Below, one piece after another: positions 35,435-47,876 of a stretch of 64,000 bases of DNA; the stretch's first letter is position 1, and the number at the start of each line of letters is the position of its first letter. This DNA comes from Macrostomum hystrix. Its lineage: Eukaryota; Animalia; Platyhelminthes. The notes below the pieces were generated by a model. The model saw nothing but the letters and a program-made list of their open reading frames with translations. It had not been told where the DNA came from and did no database searches. The position numbers and the translations under genes are program-made. The stretch lies in contig CATNEN010000002.1 of NCBI GenBank assembly GCA_950097015.1, forward strand, positions 6,634,001 to 6,698,000, given 5' to 3'.

Positions 35435-36232
35435 AGGCCTCTGGAGAGTTCCAACATTGTCGTACATTGACCGCCTGGCGTCTGCAGCCGATGCACCACT
35501 GTTGGGCCCGGCAGTCAGCTGGCTGAGGTCCAGCCTCGGCACCGCCGGAGTCGCTTCCGGAGTCAAGGTTCTCTCCGACGCCTTGTCGACATCGTCGTCG
35601 GCGCTGACTGTGGCGCGCGAAGGTGTCTTCGAATTGGTGGCAACAGCCGCCGCTTCTTCCAAATCGTCATCCTCATCGTCATCCTCTTCGCCGGAGTCCG
35701 GACTGTCGCCAAACAGGTGGCTGACAACGGCCGCCCGAATGGCTCGACTGAGGCTGCCACCGGGCTGCTGCAGGAGCAGAAACTGTTGCTGCTGCTGCGC
35801 CGCTAGCTGCTGCTGCTGCTGATGCTGAGGAAACCGAGGGGACTCGCTGTAAGACGACGGCTCGTCGTCGATCAAAGAGGCTCGGGACGACGAGGCCAAG
35901 GAGGAGGCCGCAGCCGCCGAGGTCGTGGCCGCCGGCGCACTGGCAGACTGCGTCGGCTGCAGGGAGTTCCTTGGCTTCGGCTGCGGCCCCGAGCTGCCGC
36001 CGGTAGTGGTGGTAGCCGCCGAGTCACTGATGGAAGTGCTGCTATTGTTGGTCATGGTCGGCCCAGCCGACTGTCGCCTTAGACTGGGCGCGCCGCTGCC
36101 GTTGTTGGCGCACTCCTTGACGTTCAGCATCCGTGCTAGCTTGGCCTGAGGCGCTGCTGACTCAAACACATCGGCGAAGTGAGCGATGAGGTCCGACATG
36201 ATCTTGTTGGCCATGCTCTGCACCTTCAGGCC
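35435..36232 (-). CDS. FAM13: FAM13-type RhoGAP, exon 2 (end of RhoGAP plus low-complexity linker)
   Basis: Acceptor CCGAACTCAG|GGC, donor CCT|GTGAGT, phase 0-0; GLKVQSMANKIMSDLIAHFADVFE completes the RhoGAP domain. Confidence 0.88.
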
Positions 36233-38680
36233 CTGAGTTCGGGGAGGGGATGCACTCAAGAGCATTAGGAACTGAAACACTTTTACACACAAGACTATTG
36301 AATGTCTCAAATTAGCTACTTAGAAGCAGTCAGTATAGTAGTCTGCAGCGAAAATAAAGCGAGTATTGAAACATTTAAAAGTTTATTACTTATTGCAAAC
36401 TAATTATAAAATTGTCAATTGTTTTATTGTGCCGCAGTTCTGATTGGTTCATGCAGAAAATTTATTTTGCTCAAGAAGGTAACGCTTTAAAAACTTGACA
36501 ATAATGATGACCTCACCAATTTTATCTACAATAATTTTCCGAGCTCTGAAAGTTAAGATCCGATTTAATTGGATTAATTAGTTCATTTTCCAACTGTCTC
36601 TAAATCCACAGAGCTACACAATTAATTTCGCCTAACTATTATCCAGCTACTATTGAAAAGCAAGCAGCAGTAGTTAGTAGAGAATAGTTAGCGGCAAGGA
36701 AAGTCGTATTATGAACTATTTTTTTACATTTAACTGGGTCCAGCTCGGGACTTGAAAAGCTAGAAAAATGAAATGCAAAGAAGTAAAACCTACTGAAATC
36801 CATGGTAAATGTCCCAATAACATTTGCTTACAGCATTTTGACATTAGCTGATGTAGTAGCCGATATGTATAGAAAATTTATTTATGTCGAGATTCTAGGA
36901 TTTTCCTACACCATTTTATGGCTCTTCAATAAATTTTCTAGACCCGGAAAGGGAAATGCAGATTTTATAAACAAAGAAACCTTCCTTTGTTTGTTTATTT
37001 GTCTGAAATCATTACGAGACCGAACCACTCACTAATCAATCAGTTTTGGGGGGGAATATAGGGTAAATTAAGCGAACGTAAAAATGACAGGTTCTACTGG
37101 ATAAAGCGCGCGTTGCTTCGTACTGCAATAGTGCAAGAGAAACGATTCCCGATTCCACTGGAACCTAAAGGAGGGATTCATAGTGTAGTCAAAAAGTGTT
37201 ACGAACATGCACAGTGTGTACACACACACACTATCCCAGAAACTGGAAACCACGGGACCGTCCACCCAGCGCATCTATCTATCGGTAACATGGCTAAGGA
37301 AAAGTTCGCTTTGCCGCTTTCTGTTGATAAATCTTCCGTCTGCCGTCCAAGGTATTTCTTTCGGTTGCCCAATCCGGTTTCGCCTAGCAATCATTTCAGG
37401 CCGCAACCACCGACGCAGAACCGTTGTGGAATCAGCGGTAGATAGAACAGCTGGTCGAAAAATGGCTGCATAATAAAAGTACAGTAGTGCAAGGGACTTC
37501 GCCGAGAATTTATTTCTCCATCTTGCGGGGAATAAACTTGCAGAATTCGGCAATTTTGTGTCTTCGCTCGACTAGGCCGAAACTAACATTTTATCTATTT
37601 TCTTTGCAATCTCGCTACAGTTGTAGGTAGATTATAGACCCGAGTCCATGGACTGACTAGTAATCACTGACTGTACATCTGGATTAGGCCTAATTTCTAT
37701 CATTATTTTCACTGAGATTCGATAATATGGAATATGGATTAGCAACAATGTGACCTTACCGGGTCGAGGTCACAGAATTGACCCACCCCCGAGTGGCCCC
37801 ACCGCCTGCTTTTAGACAGTGTCGCCTTTTTCTCTGTCCACTTCTAGTAGCAGGACAAATATATTAAAATCTTTCATTGCCTCAGCCCTGCAGTGAGTCA
37901 CACTGCAGTACCGAACCGCCCACGCAGAATTCACCTTTGAATTGATCCTCGCCGCAATGCCTAGAAACACGGGATCAGATGCTACTAGGATGGGCCGAAT
38001 CGGGAAGGGGAAATTACGGGGAATAACGATGCCTCTCAGTCATGCCAAGCTGGCACACACACAGGGGGGAGATTAACCAGCGCGCTGGGATTTCAGACAG
38101 GAGTAAGAGCCTGAATGGGAGATAAAAGCGAGATGGGATAAAAAGTGGGACAAGCGTACCAGAAGTTGCATTCGGACTAGCAGTGCGTCAGATCCAGGCC
38201 CTTTTACTTACGGTATTACGATCGAATGGCCACGCATAGATACAGGGGGAGATGGAGTGGAGGGAGAGAGGAACAGGCAAAGACAACGGGAAAGTAGCGA
38301 CATTATCTAGTGGCACTGGCAGATTCCTGTTCTCGTTCATTAGCTATTTGTAACAATTCAGAAAAAGTGAAAGTAAAAGTAAAAGTATAGTCTAAGAGTG
38401 TCTAAGAGTGTTACACAACAAACAATTACTATACTTATTACAATAATTATATCCAAACACCAGACACAGATTAAATTAACAGAAGAAACTAGTAGCAAGC
38501 TAGTTTTAAAGTAAATGCATATTTCATTTGGTATTTATTATCATTGAAAAGCCTTCCTTTCTTTAAAGGAAGAAATAAAGAGACAACATTCATAATCTAA
38601 ATCAATGATTAAACATATGATTTCACTACAGAGTAATAACGAATAATAATTGGGATGCTGATATTGAGGAATTGGCTAAA

Positions 38681-39245
38681 ACAGGGATTCTGAGATTGAG
38701 GATTAAACTGTAACAGGGATTCTGAGATTGAAGATCAGACTGTAACAGGGATTCTGAGATTGAAGATCAGACTGTAACAGGGATTCTGAGATTGATAGAT
38801 TAAACTGTAACAGGGATTCTGAGATTGAAGATCAGACTGTAACAGGGATTCTGAGATTGAAGATCAGACTGTAACAGGGATTCTGAGATTGATAGATTAA
38901 ACTGTAACAGGGATTCTGAGATTGAAGATCAGACTGTAACAGGGATTCTGAGATTGAAGATCAGACTGTAACAGGGATTCTGAGATTGAAGATCAGACTG
39001 TAACAGGGATTCTGAGATTGAAGATCAGACTGTAACAGGGATTCTGAGATTGAAGATCAGACTGTAACAGGGATTCTGAGATTGAAGATCAGACTGTAAC
39101 AGGGATTCTGAGATTGATAGATTAAACTGTAACAGGGATTCTGAGATTGAAGATCAGACTGTAACAGGGATTCTGAGATTGAAGATCAGACTGTAACAGG
39201 GATTCTGAGATTGAAGATCAGACTGTAACAGGGATTCTGAGATTG
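38681..39245. repeat. 32-bp minisatellite CTGTAACAGGGATTCTGAGATTGAAGATCAGA (~17 copies)
   Basis: Direct reading. Confidence 0.95.
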
Positions 39246-40143
39246 AGGATCTCAGAATGCTACACACTTTGGCACTGATAAACAAATAAATTATATTGCA
39301 TTGAAATGACGATTTCAGATTGGCTGATTGAAGGATCAAATAACTATTTTATAAAACTAGATGCACTGTACTGGAGTTTTCTTAGGTGCGATGACTAAAT
39401 ATTTGTGGTGGATTAAAACAAAATTTATAGTGTTATTCAACTAGTATTAGGCAGGTGTAGCTGAAAGTGTCATTTTCAACTAATTTAGTGCGAATTTCAA
39501 CTAATAAATTGTGCAAATATATATCGATGAGAATGTAAACATATTTTCTTTTATTAATAGCGTGTTGCTACATATAAAAAACTATGTAAATATGATTCAT
39601 TTTGTCATTATCGAGTCACGTGTTTAGTGAGGGTGGGGCAATGTGTGACTAATTTACAGATAGAAACTCAGCCTAAGCAGATACAAACCTGCATGTGAGG
39701 CGGCAGATAATCGTAGCAGGGCAGCTGCAGTGAGTGGCAAGGTTAGGTCAACTAAAAGAAGTGCCTCCTTCAAAGTCTGTTAGTCAGAATATCAAGATTG
39801 TGACAGGGCAAAAGATTACCAACTAGAAATAATAATTAATAAGAGTAAAGTGAGAGAAAAACACGGTGAACAAACAAATAAATAACAAGAGCCTAGATAC
39901 ACCAGACTAGAACAGTGAGACTCAGTTTGAGTGCAGAAATGAGTTGCAATATAGAGATGAGCTGTTATGAAGTAAAAGTATTGCTTCAGGTATAAAAAAC
40001 TTTCAGTCCTCACACTCAAACTTTTCTGTCATTCCGCCTATCTATTAAAGTCAACTAAACTTGGACTGGGCAAACGGCGAGAGCAACGATGAATATATTA
40101 TAATTCTCAAAAAAATACTTCGCCATGTAATTAGAGGTCTCAC

Positions 40144-40719
40144 CTGCACTGTATCGCCGCAACGGAATACATTCGGGCCGAAGCAGATACCCAGATTCAG
40201 CGGCGACATCTTATTCTCGGCGTCCCGATCCGCTACTCGGCGAAGAAACTCCGTCAGATACTTCAACAATCGACGATTAGACTCTGGCAGCTTGTCGATG
40301 AGGGCGCTATAGTCACGGCAAAGCCGGCCCGGGTCACCGGCGGCAGCCTCGGCCGCCTGTACAAACCGCAGCGTGGCCTCGCTATCAACAATGCCATCGG
40401 GCAGCTCTCGAATGTACTGCTTCAGTACGCTGGCGATGGAGTGTACATCATGAATGTCGGAGAAGTCAACAACAGAATGCTCCTCGAACAATCGCCTGAT
40501 CTGATTGGCCACCCGATTGTTGCCATTCACTCTGAACAGGCCCTCGGTAGCTAGGCCAACTTTGCACAGGTGTTCGCAGATCTGTTTAACAATATCCGGC
40601 ACATCGGCTGGCTGCTGACTGCCCCGGCGAACAGCGGCGTCTAGGGGAGCTCCGAACAGGCTGGCTCCGTTGACGCCATTGCCGCTGCTGTCGGAACGGC
40701 CCCGCTTGCTCTGCCACAT
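40144..40719 (-). CDS. FAM13: FAM13-type RhoGAP, exon 1 (RhoGAP domain)
   Basis: LFGAPL...VPDIV...EGLFRVNGN (arginine finger)...VASVLKQYIRELP-like...NKMSPLNLGICFGPNVF; donor CAG|GTGAGA at 40143; start ATG 40719 tentative, an upstream exon is possible. Confidence 0.92.
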
Positions 40720-41042
40720 TGAGAACACCTCCAGATTGGTGCAGACACAGGGAACAAATCAATACGAAGCCTAATTGTTTTTCTATGCTTAGGGATTCTT
40801 TGATTAAAAAATATAGAAGTTCTGATGTCCGGGAAAATCTAGACGAATCGTTAATTCAAGAAAAGAGAGCGTTGATTTAGCGTTTAAAGGCTGTCTCGAC
40901 TCTTCTCTTACTGTCGCCCATCTCACTGTCTCTTGAGTAGGCTGTGCACTTCGAATTTGTCCACTGTTAAACGCGCTGAATGAGCTGCAGTGAAAAATAT
41001 AATAATTACTTAATAACTAGCTCGTAATAATTAATGTTTGCA

Positions 41043-41355
41043 GAAGGGCTGTGCGCATTGACACCTCATCTGGTGCCAGTCAACCCACAGCCAGCAAGGT
41101 ATTCTGCTGATTCCACTGAAACTGTACGCAACACACACTCACATCTGTGTGTACATATGCCATGACTTTCTCATGATTGGCAGTGTACACTTTCACAGTG
41201 CCTTGGAGGATGGCCATCATGGGCGTAAATTGCTTGACAAGCCCCATAAACCTTCTCTCAAAGACTGTGCCATAAATGAATGTGGCATTGCCACAGAATC
41301 TAGCTCAGGAACATTAGTGCATAAGAGGCAAAAGCATTAGACTGCTGTCACTCAA
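41043..41355 (-). mobile_element. Diverged copy of the tRNA-derived SINE family
   Basis: Colinear similarity to the reverse complement of 62340-62670 (GACTTTCTCAT...GTGTACACT...GCCTTGGAGG...GTAAATTGC...AGCTCAGGAAC). Confidence 0.8.
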
Positions 41356-42242
41356 CCCCCTAAAAGTAACTCATATTTATACTCAATTAAAAACATTTTT
41401 AATAAAAGTTTTTCTTGTTTTAAAAGTCATATACCAACTTTTATGTATTTTTACTGTAATGTAATTTTTTACTTTCTGAAACTTATTGATTCTTTAGAAA
41501 TAATCGATTTGGAAAACTTGTTTCACTAATTAAGCCTCTTAAATATAAATGTTAATGTTAAATGTTAAATGTTAAACATAAATATAAACTTTAGGGCTAT
41601 AACTTAAAAATGTTTATCCAAAGTAATTATTACAAGTTTGCTTATAGTTATTAAAAAATTCAAACTTCTTTTGATTAACCTTCTTTTATTAACATTTTAA
41701 TTTCACTTTATTAACTCTTCAATGAGTTTAATTGTAAGAATGTAAGTTATTGCTGTCATTAGTCATCATTGTCATAGTGACTGATTTAGATACATTTGGA
41801 TGTCCACATAAAATTTCTAAGCAGTTAGGCTCACCCAATAATAAAGAGTAATCCTTAATAGGTCTCCATGTCTCTATTAAAGTTTAATCTAATTTATTAT
41901 TTACACAAAATTTACCTGAACCAAAACCTTTCAATCACCATGTCCTGCTTAGTGTGGTACTCCTATGTATTGGGGTCCCTATTAGAGCCTTTAGGCTAAA
42001 GGCCATCCAATTATAAATATAAGTGAGGCAGACCCTAATATTATATTGTATAATTTTTATAACTTGAATTCCCACCAAACTCATTTTTCCCATTTTTATC
42101 ATTTTTTGTCTATATTGTGTCACCCACCTCAAATTTTGCTATAAATACAACTTCAAATTAGCTTTGGAAACTTTGCCCTCTTCCTTGGTGCCTAAAGGAG
42201 AAAAAGTTGAAAGGCAGAGAAAAGTCTCAAAGTGTTTAATTG

Positions 42243-42847
42243 GGCTCTGGCCAAAATCGTCATATTCTAAATTGTCATATGAGGGTTGTAAAAAAATAAC
42301 AACATTATCTAAATCGTCATATTGTCCGCATTGGACAATGTGACATTAACAAAGTCGTCATATTGTTATTTTATTGGCTCCGCAAACAGCTTTGTTGTTG
42401 AAAGTATAAGCAAAGCGAATCATACATTTTTGGCCTTGTCTCACTTGGCTCTACAAAAATAATGTCATTTGAGCCACTCAAAGTACATTGCACATTACAT
42501 AAAATGTGCACTAAATTTTGTTCAGCATGTAGCTATGTACATGTAACTCAAACATGCCCTTCTATTGCATTGTCATGATTTGCAATATTTGCATATTGAA
42601 TTTGTCTGTTCATTGTGCCTACCTAACACTTTTATCTGTGCTTTTTTATCTGCATTTACTTTTAACTGCCTTTAAATATATTAATTGTTTGAATTATGCA
42701 TCATCAAATATTCAAATCAAATTCATCATTAAAATGAGCAACAAACAAATAGTCAAGATCGTCATATTAGATTGAATATTGTGACACTTTTTCGCAAATC
42801 GTCATCATCATATGACGTTTTAGAATATGACGATTCGATCTGTACCC
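42243..42847. mobile_element. 605-bp non-autonomous DNA transposon (MITE) with ~40-bp imperfect TIRs and 8-bp TSD
   Basis: TTTAATTG at 42235-42242 and 42848-42855; ends GG...CC; ungapped TIR match AATCGTCATATTCTAAA..GTCATATGA; internal copies of ATCGTCATAT. Confidence 0.78.
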
Positions 42848-44689
42848 TTTAATTGTGCTTATTCAGAGAAAGAGAAAACCAGGTTGGTGATTCCACATAA
42901 GCCAGTGAATATTCAAAAGAATAAAGGAGATATTTATCAAAAGCAGTGTCGTTTAAACATTAACAACTGAAAGAATAAAGGGTAAATCCTGATTGTTGGA
43001 ATAGCACTGTGTGCAAAGTTGGGCAACTTTGGTCTATTTGGAGCCTAGAAAGACTGGGAAAAACCAGAAAGCCAGATAGGTTATGAGTAAATAAGAAGGG
43101 GAAGAAGTGTCTTGCTGCTTAGACACTTGTGAGAAAGCTACAATATTTGTAAGGAAGGCAGCCTATATGGCAAAATTAAGAAATATATACATATGAAGTG
43201 AGAGAAGTACATAGCCAGTCTTTGAAGTATAGGCCTAAATCATTGGACAAAGGAAATTAGGAACTATTTCAAAAGGTCAATTTAAGGTGTGATAGAAGTG
43301 AGTTATTAATATAAGTGAAAGAGCCCTACAACATAACTAATATTTAATAGGTCCCATTGACTCTATTAAAGTTAAATCCTATTTATTTTCCATTCTCCTA
43401 TAAATAAAAAAACCCAACAACAATACTCTTCAAAAATTGTTAATTGTAGTAATTCCCTATGCGCCACAAATTGTGGACATCCTGTGATAGGGAAGCCAAT
43501 ATCTAACTAAGCTGTCATATGATGGAATACTAATACTATAGGGGCCTAGCCAGTCAGGTCAGTACCAATAATGGCTAGATATCATGGAAGAGCAACAGCA
43601 GCGACTCAATCTGATAGCTATTGGCATGGTGCCTAAAATATACATAGGTCTTCACACAGTTTGTCATGTAGAATAAAACAGGCCAAACTATACTCCTACA
43701 TTCAACATAGGAATAGGATAGATCATGCTAAAACCTAGTCCTAAAACTATCAAACGAAAGCCTGGATTTTTAGCTGGTTGAACTAACTGTATTTATATAA
43801 TTTTGTGAATTCTTAAGACAAAATTGCTGATACAAAGTAATCTGAACATAGGTAATTGACATGTATTATCTTAAATTCTTAATCCTTCATCGTATATAAA
43901 ATTACGATCAAGGTTGCATATTTCATTGAAAAAATGTGTCAATTTTGCTACTTGAACTGTTGCCGGAATTCCTGCCGAATTCAAAGGGTTAAAACTAAAG
44001 TCCTAACAATCTTGCCCGAACTATAAGAAAGCTATTGTAGTTAAATCCGTTCATAGCAGGTAATTTATATAAAGCAATGAAATTCACTTAAATATACTTT
44101 GGAATTTGTCTAGGACTTAGTGCGTACGAAGGTACCCTTACGTACAGCAGTCCGGAAATATAAAATCCAATAATTCACCATAAGGAAGCTTGCCGCGGGT
44201 TGGCGAACACGTATAAATGTATCATTTAACCGTGCAGAAAATTATCAAACAGTTTCTATTCATAAGAAAAATCTACAGGCATCGCAGTTTACATTTTAGA
44301 CTTGTTATAACTCGTTTCATCATTTCTTGGAAATGCACTACAAGATAGGAGATTCTGCCGTACGAATAGCCACTACCTACGAATTTTACTTAAATAGAGT
44401 AAAACTCTTCTTAATTAGTGGGTCTCGTTTTACTAAATCTGAAGCGAATTTAAATTAAGAGATTTAACCTGTGGCCAGCCACGAATTCAGTATTATTCTC
44501 ACTGTTGTTAAATCGACTGTTTTACTAAATTGAAGGTTTATAGTTGTGTCTACTGCGCACTGCGTGAATAGTATTTCCGCGCAGCTCAAAGGAATAAAAT
44601 TTTTGAATTTGTGTACAATTTGGTAATCAACTTGGTACGGGAAATTTCTGAAAAATAGTTTATTGCTAAAAAATGTGTCAAAGATCGAG

Positions 44690-45290
44690 AGGAGTGTATA
44701 TAGTGACCATCGGGTCGAGCTTAGACGCTCGTATATAGTGACCTTCGCAAGAGCAGTGGCTTCTGTCAGAGACCAGCACTCGAGCAACCCGCTCCTGGAG
44801 GATCTCAAAGCTATGCTGATTATTGCTGTACGCCGTTGCCGTCTGACCATCCAACGGATTCAAGGACACTGTGTCATCCATGGCAACGAGCTCGTGGATG
44901 CAGAAGCCTAGATCGCATCGGAGCTCCTGTCCTGTCCTGCTATTGACACGATACGTCGCCAATCGAGAATCGAAAATATTGATGACCTCGTCAGTGCCGA
45001 AATGGATAAAGCTTGGATTGCGCTCCCAAAAAGCAGCAGTCCGCCTACAACGACAACAACAACAGCCACAGCAGGCCTCAGCCAATGAGGCACCCGCGAC
45101 TGGGCCACAGCTTGTGGAACAGTACCCACTCGCCTGCAGCCAAGTGGCAGCACCAGAAGCCAGAGCCTGTGTCTTAGAAAAGCTTTTTGAATATTGCATG
45201 ATCGCTTGAACGCTTTGCTTATAGGCTTGCGCATCTGTGCCAAAAGTCTTTATTATTTTGATTTTGATGCTCTTGATTCATCGTTTAATT
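44690..45290 (+). mobile_element. Decayed 3' fragment of an RNase H-bearing non-LTR retrotransposon
   Basis: VYSD (frameshift) ARAVASV...SSNPLL...LTIQRIQGHCVIHGNELVDAEA* resembles the RNase H C-terminal motif (WxPGH.G..GNE.AD); degenerate Cys-containing tail follows; stops and frameshifts present. Confidence 0.6.
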
Positions 45291-45920
45291 TATTAAGCGC
45301 ACAAATGGAATTGTTTTAACTTCAGCTGCCCGTGCTACAAGATTATCGTCCTCGTGACGGTCGCGCAGCAGCCCGCTGCTGTTAGAGAAGCCTTTAGCTC
45401 GTAGATTGCTCGTAGATATCCTCCTGAAATAATGACAAATAGAGGAGTGGATGACTTTACATGATTTCAGCTTGCTATACTTACGTAGTAAAGTAGTGTG
45501 AGCATTTCTATATACTCGTATTAAAAGAACTAACCTTCGATGACGACAGTTTTCGACTCCTAAATGTCACTCTCGTCTGGATCCTATTATTTTTTATTTC
45601 TGGATTTTTTTTGTCTCTGCTCGACTCGAGGCAAGACAAGGCGACGAATGAGTTTAATTAAATTTCTACAAAATTGTTGGGACTTTCATAAAGGTAATCT
45701 AGCTTTTATTATTTTATACTTAGCCACAGAAAGATACGCTTTCTGTTCAGTGTGAAATAAAAAAGCCAAGTTTTACTTAGAGAAAGTATACTTTTTACAC
45801 TTAAAAAAGCATAGAAAAAAGTACTTTGCAGAGTTTTACGAAGAAGAGAAACATGCATATACTCTCGTGTTTCAGCAATTTCCGCAAAAAAGTGATTCGA
45901 TCGCCTCTCTTTGGCTGACG

Positions 45921-46529
45921 TCATTCGCAGTAAAACCAGAATACAGTTGCGCAGGCCAGAAAAGTTGGCCTCTCCAGCGTACAGGTGACAAAGTCGTCAT
46001 GCTCGGAGTCTGCCACAGTTCTGGACGCCATCAGGAGCTGCTGTTGAGCCCGCTGGGCGACCGTCACTAGGACGATGATCTTGTAGCGCGGGCAGCTGAA
46101 GTTGTTCTTCATTCGTCGCTTCACATCCTCCGTCACCATCTTGGCGAGCTTCGGGCTCACCTTGGCATCGTAGCGAGACTCGGCCAGGAAGAAGCGCAGG
46201 CTGTTCTCGACGAGGACACGCACCTCGCCAGGGGGATATTTAGACACCGGATCGGGTCCCAGACGGTAACTGTTCTCCACCCGACGCACCGGGCGATTCC
46301 GTTTGTGTCGGGCGCGCAAATCGCCAATCCGCCGTTTCAGCATCATCAGCGTGGCCAGACTGGGCTGCGTGGCCTTCGGGGCCGCCACCGTGACGCCTGG
46401 AGCGGCCGCCTCTGCCGTTGTCGCAGTCGACGACGTCGCTGTTTTGTTCGCCGTCTTCTTTGGCAGTTGTGGCGCCGAAGACTCCTGCGCGAGCTGCTGA
46501 TGAAGCTGCGTTTTGGTGTTTCCACTCAT
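45921..46529 (-). CDS. Tctex-1 domain dynein light chain (TCTEX1D/DYNLT5-like), 202 aa, single exon
   Basis: ENSYRLGPD...YDAKVSPKLAKMVTEDVKRRMK...PRYKIIVLVTVAQ...LLMASRTVADSEHDDF...ACATVFWFYCE* follows the Tctex-1 family pattern with an N-terminal extension. Confidence 0.92.
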   Translation of the reverse strand: MSGNTKTQLHQQLAQESSAPQLPKKTANKTATSSTATTAEAAAPGVTVAAPKATQPSLATLMMLKRRIGDLRARHKRNRPVRRVENSYRLGPDPVSKYPPGEVRVLVENSLRFFLAESRYDAKVSPKLAKMVTEDVKRRMKNNFSCPRYKIIVLVTVAQRAQQQLLMASRTVADSEHDDFVTCTLERPTFLACATVFWFYCE

Positions 46530-46799
46530 GAGGACTTGATTTCTTAAAATTCTGTTTGGTAATGTCGCATTGACAGTTGAGTCACAGCGGCCCAGAAGCG
46601 TGTAGCACTGTTGGCACTGAGCTGGAATTTCAGCTGAATTTAACTGAACACCTGGTCAGCAATAAAACGCAAGGCTGCAACGCTGTGTCCGGATTGGCGC
46701 CACTTTGGTAACAAGGAGCTCCAAGGATTGGAGGAAGAGCATTGCTGCAACTCTAGCGGCAACCTGTTTCCCAACTCCTTCTGTCCCTAGAGTACCCGT

Positions 46800-46813
46800 G
46801 TTGCCATGGAAAC
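46800..46813. promoter_or_regulatory. RFX X-box GTTGCCATGGAAAC
   Basis: Matches GTTNCCATGGNAAC; ~270 bp upstream of the Tctex-1 ATG; a half-site (CTAGCGGCAAC) lies ~40 bp nearer the gene. Confidence 0.7.
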
Positions 46814-47876
46814 TCAGTGAGTCGGATTAGAGAAAGAGGTACCAACAGCAAGCTGTTGCCAGGAGCCGACGGTGGGTCGCCTCTGATCCAGAGTAGATTC
46901 TATTGGCTGGAGAGCTGGGCGGGTGGGGTGAGAACGGAGAGAAGGGCACGTGGTAATTGCTGGAGGGCAGAGAGCCAGGCATGTTTGCCAGGCTGCCTGA
47001 TTTTCTCCGCATGCGGTTGTTTGGCGTCTCTTTTGGCGATTATTTCACAGTTTTGTGCCTGCGCTGAGCAAATAGAGAGAGAGAGAGGGGGGGCTGGAGA
47101 GTGATATGCTGGGAAACCGATTGGAGTTCAAATGAGGCAGCGCAATGGGATAATGGGGGAAGGGATCTGCAGCCTCAAACCAGTGGGGATGTTTTCTACC
47201 GGTAGCGAGGAAGTGGGTAACGAAGCTGCCGATGCCGAACCAACCAGAAGCCCCGTGATGACACGGTTATTGCAGCAATAATTTCCAGTATAAAAGTGCA
47301 TTTTATTGCCAGAAATTGCTCTGGGACATTGCTTGCTGCGCCCGGAAATCATCCCAGAGCCCGCAGTCTCTCTGCTTGTTTTATTACCCTCCTCAAGCAA
47401 TATTTTGGTGGATCCCCTTCTTGCATGGCTGCTTAAGACTTCCTTGAGGCCCTTGAGCAGGCTAGCGCTGAGTATCGCACCTAAAAAGTGCACAAAACTC
47501 ATTATTGCAATGATCCAATGTGGTTTAGAAAAATCCAGAAAAATGTTCTTACTAAAAAATTGTTTTTTGGTTGTTCTTGGAAAGTCTGAGTAATGAATTT
47601 TTGCTACCCTGAGTTCTCATTTGCGAATTATCCAATGCACCTTTTTATTTATTAAAATCTAAATTTCGATTGCGCACATTCACGAATCTCAAGTGCAATG
47701 CTTCATACTTTAATCAGCCCTAGCTACATTTAAGAAACACTGACTCGACGTGTCTTAGAAGCAAATTACACTTTCACCAACAGGTACAGATCTATTAGAT
47801 GATAATCCGATAAGCACTTTTTAAACTGGAGCATCTCTGGAAACTCACCTCAATACATTGCACCAAGAAGAATGGT

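Noticed and set aside
39689-39776. 88-bp segment with AG/GT boundaries on the minus strand as an extra FAM13 exon
   Set aside because: It would frameshift between two phase-0 exons that already join into a continuous RhoGAP domain
43965-43992. piggyBac-like right end (...GAATTCAAAGGG|TTAA)
   Set aside because: No matching TTAA|CCCTT left end found in the window
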